This document shows positions 54,436 through 64,000 of a DNA stretch of 64,000 nt, piece after piece (positions within the stretch are counted from its first letter, which is position 1; each line of letters starts with the position of its first letter). The stretch comes from Mycobacterium sp. (GTDB lineage Bacteria > Actinomycetota > Actinomycetes > Mycobacteriales > Mycobacteriaceae). The notes below the pieces were generated by a model. It did not search any database and had not been told where the DNA came from. It saw nothing but the letters and a program-made list of their open reading frames with translations. The DNA lies in contig CAXNKV010000001.1 of the NCBI GenBank assembly GCA_964203005.1, positions 102,712 through 166,711 on the forward strand, written 5' to 3'. The position numbers and the translations under genes are program-made.

Positions 54436-55206
54436 GTGACGCCGTGGCATGACCTGACCGGACACGTTGCTCTGGTGACCGGTGGGAACAGCGGCATCGG
54501 CCTCGGCATGGCGCGCGGATTGCGCAGAGCCGGTGCGACGGTGGCTATCTGGGGCACCAACGCCGACAACAACGCTGCGGCCGTCGCCTCACTTGAGGCC
54601 GAGTCCTCCGGCGCACCCGTGGCCGCATTTCGCGTCGATGTCAGCGACGAGGACGCGGTGGCGGCCGGAGTGGAACAAACCCTGGCCGCCTTCGGCCAGA
54701 TCGACTCCTGCTTCGCCAACGCCGGCGTGGCCGGACACCCCGCACCCATCGACACCATGACGACCGCCGAGTGGCGTCGGGTGATGGCGGTGAATCTTGA
54801 CGGGCAGTTCTACACCGTGCGCGCGGTGGCCGGGCACATGAAGTCCCGGGGCGCCGGTTCGATCGTGTTCACCAGCAGCGTGTCGATGAGCGACGGTTTG
54901 GCTTTCGCCACCCACTATGCGGCGGCGAAGGCGGCGCTGACCGCCATGGCACGCGGCCTAGCGGTGGAGTTGGCCCGGGAGAAGATCCGCGTCAATGCGA
55001 TCGTTCCCGGATGGACCCGGGCGGCGATGACCGAGAGCCTGCTGGACTCCCCGGCTGCCCAGGCCAAGATCCTGCCCCGGGTACCGCTGCGACGCTGGGG
55101 CACACCGCAGGACTTCGAGGCCGTCGCGGTATGGCTGGCCAGTTCTGGCTCGAGCTATTTCACCGGCCAGACATTGGTGATCGACGGCGGGTACACCGTC
55201 TTCTGA
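54436..55206 (+). CDS. Short-chain dehydrogenase/reductase
   Basis: 256 aa with LVTGGNSGIGLGMA, YAAAKAA and a C-terminal TGQTLVIDGGYTVF. Confidence 0.9.
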   Translation: MTPWHDLTGHVALVTGGNSGIGLGMARGLRRAGATVAIWGTNADNNAAAVASLEAESSGAPVAAFRVDVSDEDAVAAGVEQTLAAFGQIDSCFANAGVAGHPAPIDTMTTAEWRRVMAVNLDGQFYTVRAVAGHMKSRGAGSIVFTSSVSMSDGLAFATHYAAAKAALTAMARGLAVELAREKIRVNAIVPGWTRAAMTESLLDSPAAQAKILPRVPLRRWGTPQDFEAVAVWLASSGSSYFTGQTLVIDGGYTVF

Positions 55207-55209
55207 AAG

Positions 55210-55292
55210 TGCGGGCGGAGGGACTCGAACCCACACGCTCTCTCGAGCACCGGCACCTAAAGCCGGCATGTCTGCCATTTCATCACGCCCGC
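55210..55292 (-). tRNA. tRNA-Leu (anticodon TAG), long variable arm
   Basis: Manual fold of the reverse complement. Acceptor GCGGGCG/CGCCCGC, anticodon stem CCGGC/GCCGG with loop TTTAGGT, variable hairpin GCTC-GAGA-GAGC, T loop TTCGAGT. There is one U-U mismatch in the T stem. Confidence 0.88.
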
Positions 55293-55340
55293 GGGGCTTG
55301 ATAATCGTATCGCCTGGGCTCCCCCGGTAACGTCGTAGGC

Positions 55341-55736
55341 GTGCCCACCACTCGCAGCCGCAGGTTTGCGTTGATCCTGTTGGTGATCGTCGCGACCGCG
55401 GGCTGCCTGGCGCTGGGCTGGTGGCAGTGGACGCGGTACGAGTCGACGTCGGGCACCTTCCAGAACCTGGGGTATGCGCTGCAGTGGCCGTTTTTCGCCG
55501 GTTTCTGCGTGTACGCCTATCGCAAGTTCGTGCTGTACGAACAGGCCCCGCCGGAGTCACCGGGCGCCGACGGGGAGTTGCGCGAGATCCCGGCCGGCCT
55601 GCTGCCCGAACGACCCACGGCACCCCAGCACTCGCCGGACGACCCGGCGCTGCGGGAATACAACGCCTACCTTGCCGAACTTGCCGACGCCGACCGGGCA
55701 GCGCAGAACACCCACCAGAACAGGACCACCCCATGA
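55341..55736 (+). CDS. Conserved membrane protein (Rv1343c/LprD-like)
   Basis: 131 aa with N-terminal TM helix FALILLVIVATAGCLALGWWQW, a second TM helix and a Pro-rich tail. Confidence 0.72.
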   Translation: MPTTRSRRFALILLVIVATAGCLALGWWQWTRYESTSGTFQNLGYALQWPFFAGFCVYAYRKFVLYEQAPPESPGADGELREIPAGLLPERPTAPQHSPDDPALREYNAYLAELADADRAAQNTHQNRTTP

Positions 55737-56080
55737 CCGAGGCCCCCGACTCCCACCCGATCGTGACGATCGACAAAATCCGTTCCGCCCTGACCTGGTA
55801 CCGGGTGCTGGCGTGGATGACCGGTATCTGGCTGATCGCACTGTGCTACGAGCTGATCCTCAAGTACGTGGTGAAGGTGGAGAACCCGCCCGAGTGGATC
55901 AGCATCGTGCACGGCTGGGTGTATTTCGTCTACTTGCTTTTCACCGCCAACCTCGCGGTCAAGGTGCGCTGGGGAATCGCCAAAACCATCGGGGTACTGC
56001 TGGCAGGCACCATCCCACTGCTGGGCATCATCGTCGAACAGGTTCAGACCCGCGAGATCAAGGAACGGTTCAACCTGTAG
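55733..56080 (+). CDS. DUF3817-like membrane protein (Rv1342c-like)
   Basis: ATG 55733 forms an ATGA overlap with the upstream stop. The 115-aa protein has three TM helices (LTWYRVLAWMTGIWLIALCYELILKY...). Confidence 0.78.
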   Translation: MTEAPDSHPIVTIDKIRSALTWYRVLAWMTGIWLIALCYELILKYVVKVENPPEWISIVHGWVYFVYLLFTANLAVKVRWGIAKTIGVLLAGTIPLLGIIVEQVQTREIKERFNL

Positions 56081-56717
56081 CGAGCGTCCCCGAAGCGAGG
56101 CCGTGAAGCGCCGGTACCAACAGTGCCAGCGCACGTCCGCGATGCGACACCGCATCCTTCTCAGCCGAGCTCAGTTGCGCCGCACTTCGGCGGAGCCCGG
56201 GTGTTTCACTCTCGGGAATGAATACCGGGTCATAGCCGAACCCCCCCTGCCCCAACGGTTCTCGGGCAATGACGCCCTTCCAGCTTCCGCGCACCACGGT
56301 GATGTCGGCAGAGCCGGATACCAGCGCACAGGCCGAGACGAACGCCGCACCGCGCCGGAAATCCGGTACGTCATACATCTGGGCGAGTAGCAGCGAGTAG
56401 TTCGCGGCATCATCGCCATGGCGCCCCGACCACCGGGCCGAGAGGACGCCCGGCATCCCGCGCAGCGCGGCCACCTCCAGACCGGAGTCATCGGCCAGCG
56501 TCGGCAACCCGGTCGCGGCGAACCCGTCCCGGGCCTTGGCAAGAGCGTTCTCCTCGAACGTGGCCCCGGTCTCAGGCGCCTCATCGAAGGGATCGACGTC
56601 ATCGAAGGACACCAACTCCAGCCCGGAAATCCCGGCACCGTCAAGCACCCGGCGTAACTCGGCCAGCTTCTTGGGGTTACGGCTCGCGACGAGCAGACGT
56701 ACTGTCCGCGCGGTCAT
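56070..56717 (-). CDS. rdgB: Non-canonical purine NTP pyrophosphatase (RdgB/HAM1)
   Basis: ORF trimmed to ATG 56717 (MTARTVRLLVASRNPKKLAELRRVL). Motifs are DDSGLEV and GFGYDPVF. It lies 10 nt downstream of rph. Confidence 0.9.
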   Translation of the reverse strand: MTARTVRLLVASRNPKKLAELRRVLDGAGISGLELVSFDDVDPFDEAPETGATFEENALAKARDGFAATGLPTLADDSGLEVAALRGMPGVLSARWSGRHGDDAANYSLLLAQMYDVPDFRRGAAFVSACALVSGSADITVVRGSWKGVIAREPLGQGGFGYDPVFIPESETPGLRRSAAQLSSAEKDAVSHRGRALALLVPALHGLASGTLATG

Positions 56718-56727
56718 CGGGTGCCGA

Positions 56728-57507
56728 TCAGCTTCCGAACGCCTTCTTCGGAGCCGGCCCCTCCGGCAGCACGCCGGGATACGGCAGCGCCAGGGCCTCG
56801 CGCTGGACCGCGAACAGGGTCTCGCAGGCACCAAACGCGGCGTCGAGCATCTTGTCCAGCGTCGAACGCGGGAACGTCGCACCCTCGCCGGTGCCCTGAA
56901 CCTCCACCAGCGTTCCGGTATCGGTGGCGACGATGTTCATGTCGACCTCGGCGCGCGAATCCTCTTCGTAGGGAAGATCGACACGCACCCGGCCGTCGAC
57001 CACGCCGACACTGATCGCCGCGATCGCGCACGACAGCGGCTTCGGATCGGTGAGCCTGCCGGCCGCGGCCAGATAGGTGACGGCATCCGAGAGCGCCACG
57101 TAGGCGCCGGTGATCGCCGCGGTGCGGGTGCCGCCGTCGGCCTGCAGCACGTCGCAGTCGATGGCGATGGTGTTCTCCCCCAGGGCCGCAAGGTCGATGC
57201 AGGCCCGCAGCGACCGGCCGACCAGCCGGCTGATCTCGTGGGTGCGCCCACCGACACGGCCCTTGACCGCCTCGCGATCCGAACGGGTGTGGGTGGCCGC
57301 CGGCAGCATCGCGTACTCGGCGGTCAGCCAGCCCAGCCCGGAGCCTTTGCGCCAGCGCGGCACGCCCTCGGTGACACTCGCGGTGCACATCACCCGGGTA
57401 CCGCCGAACTCGATGAGCACCGATCCAGCCGGGTGTGAGGTAAAGCCTCGGGTGATGACCACGGGCCGTAATTCGTCGTCGGCCCTGCCGTCTTGTCTCG
57501 CTGCCAC
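56728..57507 (-). CDS. rph: Ribonuclease PH
   Basis: 259 aa: [19 protein letters not shown]...[17 protein letters not shown]...[19 protein letters not shown]. Confidence 0.95.
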   Translation of the reverse strand: MAARQDGRADDELRPVVITRGFTSHPAGSVLIEFGGTRVMCTASVTEGVPRWRKGSGLGWLTAEYAMLPAATHTRSDREAVKGRVGGRTHEISRLVGRSLRACIDLAALGENTIAIDCDVLQADGGTRTAAITGAYVALSDAVTYLAAAGRLTDPKPLSCAIAAISVGVVDGRVRVDLPYEEDSRAEVDMNIVATDTGTLVEVQGTGEGATFPRSTLDKMLDAAFGACETLFAVQREALALPYPGVLPEGPAPKKAFGS

Positions 57508-57538
57508 GGAGAAACCCTATCCCGGGCCGCCGCCGGCC

Positions 57539-58361
57539 TCAGGACCGCTGTAACTCGATGGTCTCCCCGGCCACGACCGCGTGCACCGGGCCGTCGAATT
57601 CCGACTTTGGCCTCACTGATCACGGCCTCGCGTGAGGTCCACGGCGGGATGTGGGTGAGCAGCAACTCACCGACGCCGGCCCGTTGTGCGACTCGACCGG
57701 CCTCCGCGCCCGACATGTGCAGATCCCTCGGCCGGTCCGGGGCGTCCGTCCACGAGGCCTCGCACAGGAAAACGTCGGCACCGGCCGCCAGCTCGACCAG
57801 CGCCTCGCACATGCCGGTGTCGCCGCTGTAGACCAGCGTCGCGCCGTCGGCATCGCTGATCCGCAACCCGAAGGACTCGGTGGGATGGGTGACCCGCCGT
57901 GACAGCACGCTGAGCCGGCCGAACTGGGTTGTTGCGCCATCCACCCAGTGCTGCACTTCGAAGATGTCGGAGAAATCGTCGAACTCGCCACCGAGCGGCG
58001 AGGAGGCCGCGGCCAGCCGGTCCGCGGTGCCACTGGGTCCGAACATGATTCCGCGCTGGGTGGCCGGCGACGGGTGGTAGCGGCGCCACACGAACAGCCC
58101 GGGAAGATCCAGGCAGTGATCGGCATGCAGATGCGATAGCAAAATGTTCACCTGGTTGGGATCGGCGTGACGCTGCAGCGCGCCGAGGACACCGCCGCCG
58201 AAATCGACCACCAGCGGCGTGGTGTCGGGCGCAGTCAGCAAATAGCCCGACGCCGGGGAGTCAGGTCCGACGACGCTGCCGGAGCAGCCCAGCACCGTGA
58301 GTCGCACCGGTTCAGCTTGCCACGCGAAATCGGCCGACGGCTCAATTCCGGACGCCGACAT
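57539..58361 (-). CDS. MBL-fold phosphodiesterase (Rv1339-like); the 3' end is apparently frameshifted (the formal ORF runs on to 57390)
   Basis: The metallo-beta-lactamase motif is [12 protein letters not shown]. After ...ISEAKV the listed frame becomes Arg-rich and overlaps rph by 118 nt. The adjacent frame reads [20 protein letters not shown] and stops at 57539-57541. Confidence 0.75.
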
Positions 58362-59163
58362 GTCGGACGGCCGGCCGCGCCCCGGTGATCACCGGGCCCA
58401 GGAAGCGCGCGGCCAGTGCCGTGAACGACTCCGGGTCACCGGTCGCCTCGAAGACCCGTGAGGCCGGCGGCGCGTCGTGTGGGCGCAACGCGTCACGCTC
58501 GGTGAGCACCCGCAGCAGATCTTTTGCGGTCTCCTCGGCACTGGAGACCAGCGTCACGTTGTCCCCGGCCACCAGCTGGATCACCCCGGACAGCAGCGGG
58601 TAGTGCGTGCAGCCCAGCACCAGGGTGTCGACCCCGGCGCGGTGCAGGGGCTCGAGATAGGCCTCCGCGACGGCCGACACCTCACGGCCGCTGGTGATAC
58701 CGCGTTCGACGAAGTCCACGAACTGCGGGCAGGCCACGGCGGTCACCTCGACGTCGCGGGCGGCGGTGAACGCATCCTGGTAGGCGCCCGAGGCGATCGT
58801 CGCCGCCGTGCCGATCACACCGATACGCCCGGTCCGGGTGGTCGCGACCGCACGACGGACGGCCGGCAGAATCACCTCGACGACGGGAACGTCGTAGCGC
58901 TCCCGGGCATCGCGCAGACAGGCCGCCGACGCGGTGTTGCAGGCGATCACGATGGCCTTGACTCCCCGGTGCACCAGATCGTCGCCGATCGCCAGGGCGT
59001 GCGCGCGCACCACCGGGATGGTCAACGGCCCGTACGGTCCGTGGGCGGTATCACCGACGTAGACGACGTCCTCATCGGGCAACTGGTCAATGATCGAGCG
59101 CGCCACCGTCAGACCACCCACGCCGGAGTCGAAGATGCCGATCGGGGCCAGTCGGTCGATCAC
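58342..59163 (-). CDS. murI: Glutamate racemase
   Basis: ORF trimmed to GTG 59163 (a GTGA overlap with the rhomboid stop). The sequence reads [24 protein letters not shown]...ACNTAS...LGCTHYP, about 273 aa. Confidence 0.92.
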   Translation of the reverse strand: MIDRLAPIGIFDSGVGGLTVARSIIDQLPDEDVVYVGDTAHGPYGPLTIPVVRAHALAIGDDLVHRGVKAIVIACNTASAACLRDARERYDVPVVEVILPAVRRAVATTRTGRIGVIGTAATIASGAYQDAFTAARDVEVTAVACPQFVDFVERGITSGREVSAVAEAYLEPLHRAGVDTLVLGCTHYPLLSGVIQLVAGDNVTLVSSAEETAKDLLRVLTERDALRPHDAPPASRVFEATGDPESFTALAARFLGPVITGARPAVRHVGVRN

Positions 59164-59819
59164 GCGGCCGACCCCGGCAACTGGCCGGCCTTCCGGCGCA
59201 GCCGGGCCTGCCGTTCCGGACCGGACAGCCAGTAGGCGGCCAGCACTCCGGCGATCGCGCCGCACAGATGGCCCTGCCAGGACACCCCGCCGCAGCGATT
59301 GAGCACCGGGACCGCGCCCAGGAGCACCCCGCCGTAGATGAACATCACCACTCCGGAGACGGCGATCTGCCAGAGATGGCGGGTGAGCCAGCCGAACACC
59401 AGCAGGAAGGTCAGCCAGCCGAAGATCAATCCGGAGGCGCCGATGTGATTGGTTCCCAGCGCGCAGCTTCCGATGCCGCCGATCAGCCAGGTGCCCAAGC
59501 CGCCGAGAATCCAGATGATCGCGGTCGCCCACACGAACCGAGCCATTCCGGCGAGCGTCACCAGGAAGCCGAGCACCAGGGCGGGCACCGTGTTGGCCAG
59601 CAGGTGGGCCCAGTCGGCGTGCAGTAACGGCGCGAAGAGAATGCCCTTGAGCCCGTCGGTCTCCAACGGCCTGATTCCATTGCGGTCGAGTGCGTGCCCG
59701 GTCAACTGATCGGCGATCTCGATGATGTAGAGCAGGGCGACGAAGGACAGGATCGTCGCGCCGCCCACTTTCCAGCCCGGCCATTTGGCGGTCGGGGCGC
59801 CCGACCCAGTCATACCCAC
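59160..59819 (-). CDS. Rhomboid-family intramembrane serine protease (Rv1337-like)
   Basis: 219 aa with multiple TM segments, the catalytic GASGLIFG motif and a downstream His. Confidence 0.85.
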   Translation of the reverse strand: MGMTGSGAPTAKWPGWKVGGATILSFVALLYIIEIADQLTGHALDRNGIRPLETDGLKGILFAPLLHADWAHLLANTVPALVLGFLVTLAGMARFVWATAIIWILGGLGTWLIGGIGSCALGTNHIGASGLIFGWLTFLLVFGWLTRHLWQIAVSGVVMFIYGGVLLGAVPVLNRCGGVSWQGHLCGAIAGVLAAYWLSGPERQARLRRKAGQLPGSAA

Positions 59820-59864
59820 AGGCTACCGCCCACCCCAACCATCGCGACCGTGCGCAAATGACCC

Positions 59865-59909
59865 GTCGCGGCGGCGTGTTCGCGTGCCGACACGCACGCT
59901 CGCCGCGAC
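59865..59909 (-). terminator. Candidate stem-loop terminator between the DUF2017 gene and the rhomboid gene
   Basis: GTCGCGGCG...CGCCGCGAC (9-bp outer stem) with an inner GCGTG/CACGC stem. There is no U tract, as is common for mycobacterial I-shaped terminators. Confidence 0.35.
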
Positions 59910-59943
59910 CCGCCCGCCCGGGGCCCGCATCGTGGTCCGGAGC

Positions 59944-60531
59944 TCACCGGATGGGCTTGCCCATCAGGCCGAGCACCAGGTATTCCTGAAGCACCGTCAG
60001 CCACCCGTAGACCTCGAGATGGATAGCCATCGGGTGTCCCGCCGGCAGCCGGTCGGGCATCTCCGGGCCGATCCCGAGCATGGTGCCAAGCGCCAGCCGG
60101 ATGTCGTTGATCGCCGCGATCCACGCCTGGGCATCAGCCTCAGACAGCTCCAGTTGACCACCACCTTCGGGCAACGTGGCCAGGAGTCGTTGCGCAGCAA
60201 CAATTTTGGCGTCGATGATGGCAGGCTCATGTAGGCTGCGCAGGACGCTGTTGGACTCCTCCGGGGTCGCCTGACCGGCCTGCGGATCTTTGACGAAGCC
60301 GGGGAGCAATCGGCTCAGGGTGGCGTCTTCGGGAGGCTTCGGGTTGCCAGTGCGGATCCCGGTGATCTCTTCCAGCGGATCCGACGGCGACCCCGCCTGC
60401 CGGTCATCGAGCATCTCCTGAATCGACGTGGCCATGTTTTTCAGCAACGCCACCTCGTGCGGTTCCAGCGCGGAGACGAACCGCGCGCCGTCGGCGGTCT
60501 GAACCCGCCTCCACCTACGCACGACCGCCAC
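59944..60531 (-). CDS. DUF2017-domain protein (Rv1332-like, ClpS-associated)
   Basis: 195-aa ORF directly downstream of clpS, the usual actinobacterial arrangement. Confidence 0.8.
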   Translation of the reverse strand: MAVVRRWRRVQTADGARFVSALEPHEVALLKNMATSIQEMLDDRQAGSPSDPLEEITGIRTGNPKPPEDATLSRLLPGFVKDPQAGQATPEESNSVLRSLHEPAIIDAKIVAAQRLLATLPEGGGQLELSEADAQAWIAAINDIRLALGTMLGIGPEMPDRLPAGHPMAIHLEVYGWLTVLQEYLVLGLMGKPIR

Positions 60532-60543
60532 CGACCACAGGAC

Positions 60544-60849
60544 TCAGCGGTCCTGCTGCATGGTCGCCCACAGGCCCGCGGCGTGCAGTTTGGACACGTC
60601 GACCTCCATGGATTCGCGGCTGCCGGCGCTCACCACCGCCTTGCCCTCAGTGTGAACCTGCAGCATGAGCTTGGTGGCGTGCGGTTCGCTGTAGCCGAAA
60701 AGCTTCTGCAGGACATAGGTCACATAGTTCATCAGGTTGACCGGGTCATCCCACACCAGGGTGATCCACGGAGCATCGGTGGCCTCGACTTCATCGGTCT
60801 CCCGGACCGCCGTGGTGCCCGGGCGGGTCGGTGCGGATGGGGCGCCCAT
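60544..60849 (-). CDS. clpS: ATP-dependent Clp protease adaptor ClpS
   Basis: ORF trimmed to ATG 60849, giving 101 aa. The core reads [47 protein letters not shown]. Confidence 0.92.
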   Translation of the reverse strand: MGAPSAPTRPGTTAVRETDEVEATDAPWITLVWDDPVNLMNYVTYVLQKLFGYSEPHATKLMLQVHTEGKAVVSAGSRESMEVDVSKLHAAGLWATMQQDR

Positions 60850-60915
60850 GGCAACCAGGATAGCGAGCCGCCGGCAATCTCCGCTCCCCCTCACCCCAGC
60901 CGCTACCGTTGCCGT

Positions 60916-62217
60916 GTGACCGGGCCCGCGACACAGTCGCTGCTGACCGACAAATACGAACTGACCATGGTGGCGGCGGCACTCGGGGACGGCACCGCGC
61001 ACCGGCGCACGACCTTCGAGTTGTTCGCCCGGCGCCTGCCCGATGGTCGGCGCTACGGCGTGGTCGCCGGTACCGGTCGATTCCTGAAGGCGTTGAACGA
61101 TTTCGTCTTCGACGAGTCCGCGCTGACGTCGGTGGCCGGATTCCTCGACGCCGCGACGCTGGATTACCTCCGCGAGTTCCGGTTTCGCGGGGACATCGAC
61201 GGCTACGCCGAAGGAGAGTTGTACTTTCCCGGTTCCCCGGTGCTGTCGGTCACCGGAACCTTCGCCGAATGCGTCCTCTTGGAGACCCTCGCACTGTCGA
61301 TCCTCAACCACGACTGCGCGGTGGCGTCGGCGGCGGCCCGGATGGTGAGCGCGGCCGATCACCGCCCGCTGATCGAGATGGGGTCCCGGCGCACCCACGA
61401 GCAGGCTGCGGTCGCGGCCGCCCGGGCCGCCTACATCGCCGGATTCGCCGGAACCTCCAACCTCGCGGCAGCACAGCGCTACGACATCCCCGCACTGGGC
61501 ACCTCCGCGCACGCCTTCACCATGGTGCACACCACCACCCACGGCGGGACCGATGACTGGGAGCAGGCCGCGTTTCGCGCCCAGGTCGCCGCGCTCGGGG
61601 TCACCACGACCCTGCTCGTCGACACCTATGACGTCCACCGCGGGGTGGCCAACGCGATCGCCGCCGCCGGTATCGGACTGGGTGCGGTGCGCATCGACTC
61701 CGGCGATCTGGGCGTGCTAGCTCGCCAGGTACGGCGACAACTCGACGACCTCGGCGCCACCGGCACGAAGATCGTGGTGTCGGGAGACCTCGACGAGTAC
61801 TCGATCGCCGCGCTGCGCGCCGATCCGGTGGACAGCTTCGGAGTCGGCACCTCGGTGGTCACCGGGTCGGGAGCGCCCACCGCCGGCATGGTCTACAAGC
61901 TCGTCGAGGTCGACGGACTGCCGGTGGAAAAACGCAGCAGCCACAAGGCATCCCACGGCGGACGCAAGGCCGCCACCCGGCTGTCGCGGCCGTCGGGAAC
62001 CATCGTCGAAGAGGTAGTGCACCCCCTCGGCGTGCCACCGACCGGCGGGCGGCTCCTGACGACTCCACTGGTCCGGGCCGGCGAGGTGCTGGCGGCGCCG
62101 GATCTGAATGCCGCGCGCGAACTTGTGGCCCACGGTCTGGGCAGTCTGCCGTGGGAGGGCCTGGCCCTGTCGCGCGGCGAGCCCGCGATCCCTACCCGGC
62201 AGGCCGTGGCGCGTTGA
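60916..62217 (+). CDS. pncB: Nicotinate phosphoribosyltransferase
   Basis: ORF 60457-62217 trimmed to GTG 60916 ([23 protein letters not shown]...). It is divergent from clpS, as Rv1330c/Rv1331 are. Confidence 0.9.
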   Translation: MTGPATQSLLTDKYELTMVAAALGDGTAHRRTTFELFARRLPDGRRYGVVAGTGRFLKALNDFVFDESALTSVAGFLDAATLDYLREFRFRGDIDGYAEGELYFPGSPVLSVTGTFAECVLLETLALSILNHDCAVASAAARMVSAADHRPLIEMGSRRTHEQAAVAAARAAYIAGFAGTSNLAAAQRYDIPALGTSAHAFTMVHTTTHGGTDDWEQAAFRAQVAALGVTTTLLVDTYDVHRGVANAIAAAGIGLGAVRIDSGDLGVLARQVRRQLDDLGATGTKIVVSGDLDEYSIAALRADPVDSFGVGTSVVTGSGAPTAGMVYKLVEVDGLPVEKRSSHKASHGGRKAATRLSRPSGTIVEEVVHPLGVPPTGGRLLTTPLVRAGEVLAAPDLNAARELVAHGLGSLPWEGLALSRGEPAIPTRQAVAR

Positions 62218-64000
62218 GTTCCGCGGACGTTCCACCGGTGGCCGACCTATTGGCCACCGCCGTCGACGCGCTCGGCGGCACCCAGCGTCCGGGTCAGGTC
62301 CAGATGGCCGAGGCGGTGGCGCACGCGTTCGCCACCGGAGAGCACCTGGCGGTGCAGGCCGGTACGGGCACCGGTAAGTCGCTGGCCTACCTCGTCCCGG
62401 CGATATCACGAGCCTTGACCGAGGAAACACCGGTGGTGGTGTCCACCGCGACGATCGCACTGCAGCGCCAACTCGTCGACCGTGACCTGCCCCGGCTGGT
62501 CGATGCGATTGCCGATGAGCTGCCCCGGCGACCGCGATTTGCCCTGCTGAAGGGACGCCGCAACTACCTGTGCCTGAACAAGGTTCACAACGGCGCTACC
62601 GATGAGGCAGCCGATGTTCCGCAGGAAGAACTGTTCTCACCGGTTGCCGCCAGTGCGCTGGGCCGCGACGTCGCGCGGCTGACGACATGGGCATCAGAAA
62701 CCGAGACCGGTGACCGTGACGAGTTGAGCCCCGGTGTGCCGGAGCGGTCGTGGTCTCAGGTCAGCGTCTCGGCACGGGAATGCCTCGGCGTGGCCCGCTG
62801 CCAGTTCGGTACCGACTGCTTCACCGAGAAGGCCCGCGCCGAAGCCGGCCGCGCGGACGTCGTCGTGACCAACCACGCATTGCTGGCCATCGACGCGATT
62901 GCCGAAGCATCGGTGCTCCCCGAACATCACCTGCTTGTCATCGACGAAGCCCACGAACTCGTCGACCGGGTGACCTCGGCGGCCACCGCCGAGCTGACAC
63001 CGGCCACGCTGGGCGTGGCAACCCGCCGTGTTGCCCGGTTGGTCGAGCCCGAACTCAGCTCGCGCCTGGAGGCGGCGGTGGCGACGTTCTCCGCGGCGAT
63101 CCACGACACCGCACCGGGACGGATGGACTACCTCGACGATGAACTCAAGACGTATCTCACCGCGTTGCGCGACGCCGCCGCCGCGGCACGCTCCGGAATC
63201 GACCCCGCCCCGGCTGATCCCAAGGCGGCCGCCGCGCGCACCGAGGCGATCGCCGCACTGAGCGACATCGCCGACACCGCCGCTCGCGCGCTGGACTCCT
63301 TCGGACCGGCGATCCCGGATCGCACCGATGTCGTCTGGCTCGACCACGAGGAGCAACGCGGGTCGGGCGCAACCGGACCGAGGCCGGTGCTGAGGGTTGC
63401 CCCACTGTCGGTCGCGGCCCTGTTGCGGAGCCGGCTCTTCGATACCGCGACGACGGTGCTGACGTCGGCGACACTGACCGTCGGCGGCACGTTCGACGCG
63501 ATGGCAAGCGCCTGGGGGCTGGCCGACGGGCCGGGCTGGCAGGGCCTCGACGTCGGCTCGCCCTTCGATCACGCCAAGGCCGGCATCCTGTACATCGCCG
63601 CCCACCTGCCGCCGCCGGGACGCGACGGCGCCGGCGCGGACGATCAACTCGACGAGATCGCTGAACTGATCGAGGCCTGCGGTGGGCGCACACTGGGACT
63701 GTTCTCTTCCATGCGCGCGGCCAAGGCGGCGGCCGAGGCGATGCGGGAGCGACTGGGCACCCCGGTGCTGTGCCAGGGCGACGACGGCACCGCGGCATTG
63801 GTCGAGAGGTTCGCCGCCGATCCGCAGACCTCGCTGTTCGGCACCCTGTCGCTGTGGCAGGGTGTCGACGTTCCCGGTCCATCGTGCTCGCTGGTGATCA
63901 TCGACCGCATTCCGTTTCCCCGGCCCGACGATCCACTGCTGACCGCGCGCCAACGCGCCGTCGCGGCCCGTGGCGGCAATGGCTTCATGACGGTCGCCGC
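62214..64000 (+). CDS. dinG: DinG-family ATP-dependent helicase; the 3' end runs off the window
   Basis: My own translation from TTG 62214 (a TTGA overlap with the pncB stop; alternative start GTG 62238) gives ...GEHLAVQAGTGTGKSLAYLVPA (Walker A)...VIDEAHEL...IDRIPFPRPDDPL. The ORF is missing from the track because it has no stop inside the window. Minus-strand ORF 62694-63953 is its shadow. Confidence 0.88.
   Translation, partial: MSSADVPPVADLLATAVDALGGTQRPGQVQMAEAVAHAFATGEHLAVQAGTGTGKSLAYLVPAISRALTEETPVVVSTATIALQRQLVDRDLPRLVDAIADELPRRPRFALLKGRRNYLCLNKVHNGATDEAADVPQEELFSPVAASALGRDVARLTTWASETETGDRDELSPGVPERSWSQVSVSARECLGVARCQFGTDCFTEKARAEAGRADVVVTNHALLAIDAIAEASVLPEHHLLVIDEAHELVDRVTSAATAELTPATLGVATRRVARLVEPELSSRLEAAVATFSAAIHDTAPGRMDYLDDELKTYLTALRDAAAAARSGIDPAPADPKAAAARTEAIAALSDIADTAARALDSFGPAIPDRTDVVWLDHEEQRGSGATGPRPVLRVAPLSVAALLRSRLFDTATTVLTSATLTVGGTFDAMASAWGLADGPGWQGLDVGSPFDHAKAGILYIAAHLPPPGRDGAGADDQLDEIAELIEACGGRTLGLFSSMRAAKAAAEAMRERLGTPVLCQGDDGTAALVERFAADPQTSLFGTLSLWQGVDVPGPSCSLVIIDRIPFPRPDDPLLTARQRAVAARGGNGFMTVA

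Overview
Very GC-rich, densely coding DNA that reads as a Mycobacterium chromosome from outside the M. tuberculosis complex. I call about 62 protein-coding genes and 4 tRNAs (Arg-TCT, His-GTG, Lys-CTT, Leu-TAG). I also call several short tandem-repeat arrays and a few candidate operators or hairpins. I saw no rRNA, CRISPR array or IS transposase. From memory, the gene order follows two M. tuberculosis H37Rv blocks. The first is Rv2484c-Rv2524c: WS/DGAT, lipQ, enoyl-CoA hydratase, the leucine-catabolic fadE19-accA1-accD1 operon with a divergent TetR, Rv2507-Rv2510c-like genes, orn, tRNA-His, ldtB/lppS, tRNA-Lys, bcp, an M20 peptidase, acpS and the 9.2-kb fas. The second is Rv1343c-Rv1329c: rdgB, rph, an MBL-fold phosphodiesterase, murI, a rhomboid protease, a DUF2017 gene, clpS, pncB and dinG. 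Between and inside these blocks lies accessory material. It includes a variable islet after tRNA-His, two paralogous secreted LAS/M15-like hydrolases around bcp, and a dormancy-type island divergent from fas. It also includes an orphan cluster of Mce-associated membrane proteins, small secreted proteins and a 790-aa membrane protein with a kinase-like core. The main hunt result is in the dormancy island. A stand-alone H-NOX haem-sensor gene sits between a DevR/DosR orthologue and a DevS-like histidine kinase whose haem-binding GAF-A module has been replaced. As far as I know, this wiring has not been described for the mycobacterial DevR pathway. There are three reading-frame anomalies: two apparent 1-nt frameshifts and one VOC gene with no nearby stop. 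These may be real or may be assembly errors. Many long ORFs in the supplied track are antisense or out-of-frame shadows typical of high-GC DNA and were not called. All similarity statements come from reading the translations and from memory of protein families; no searches were run.
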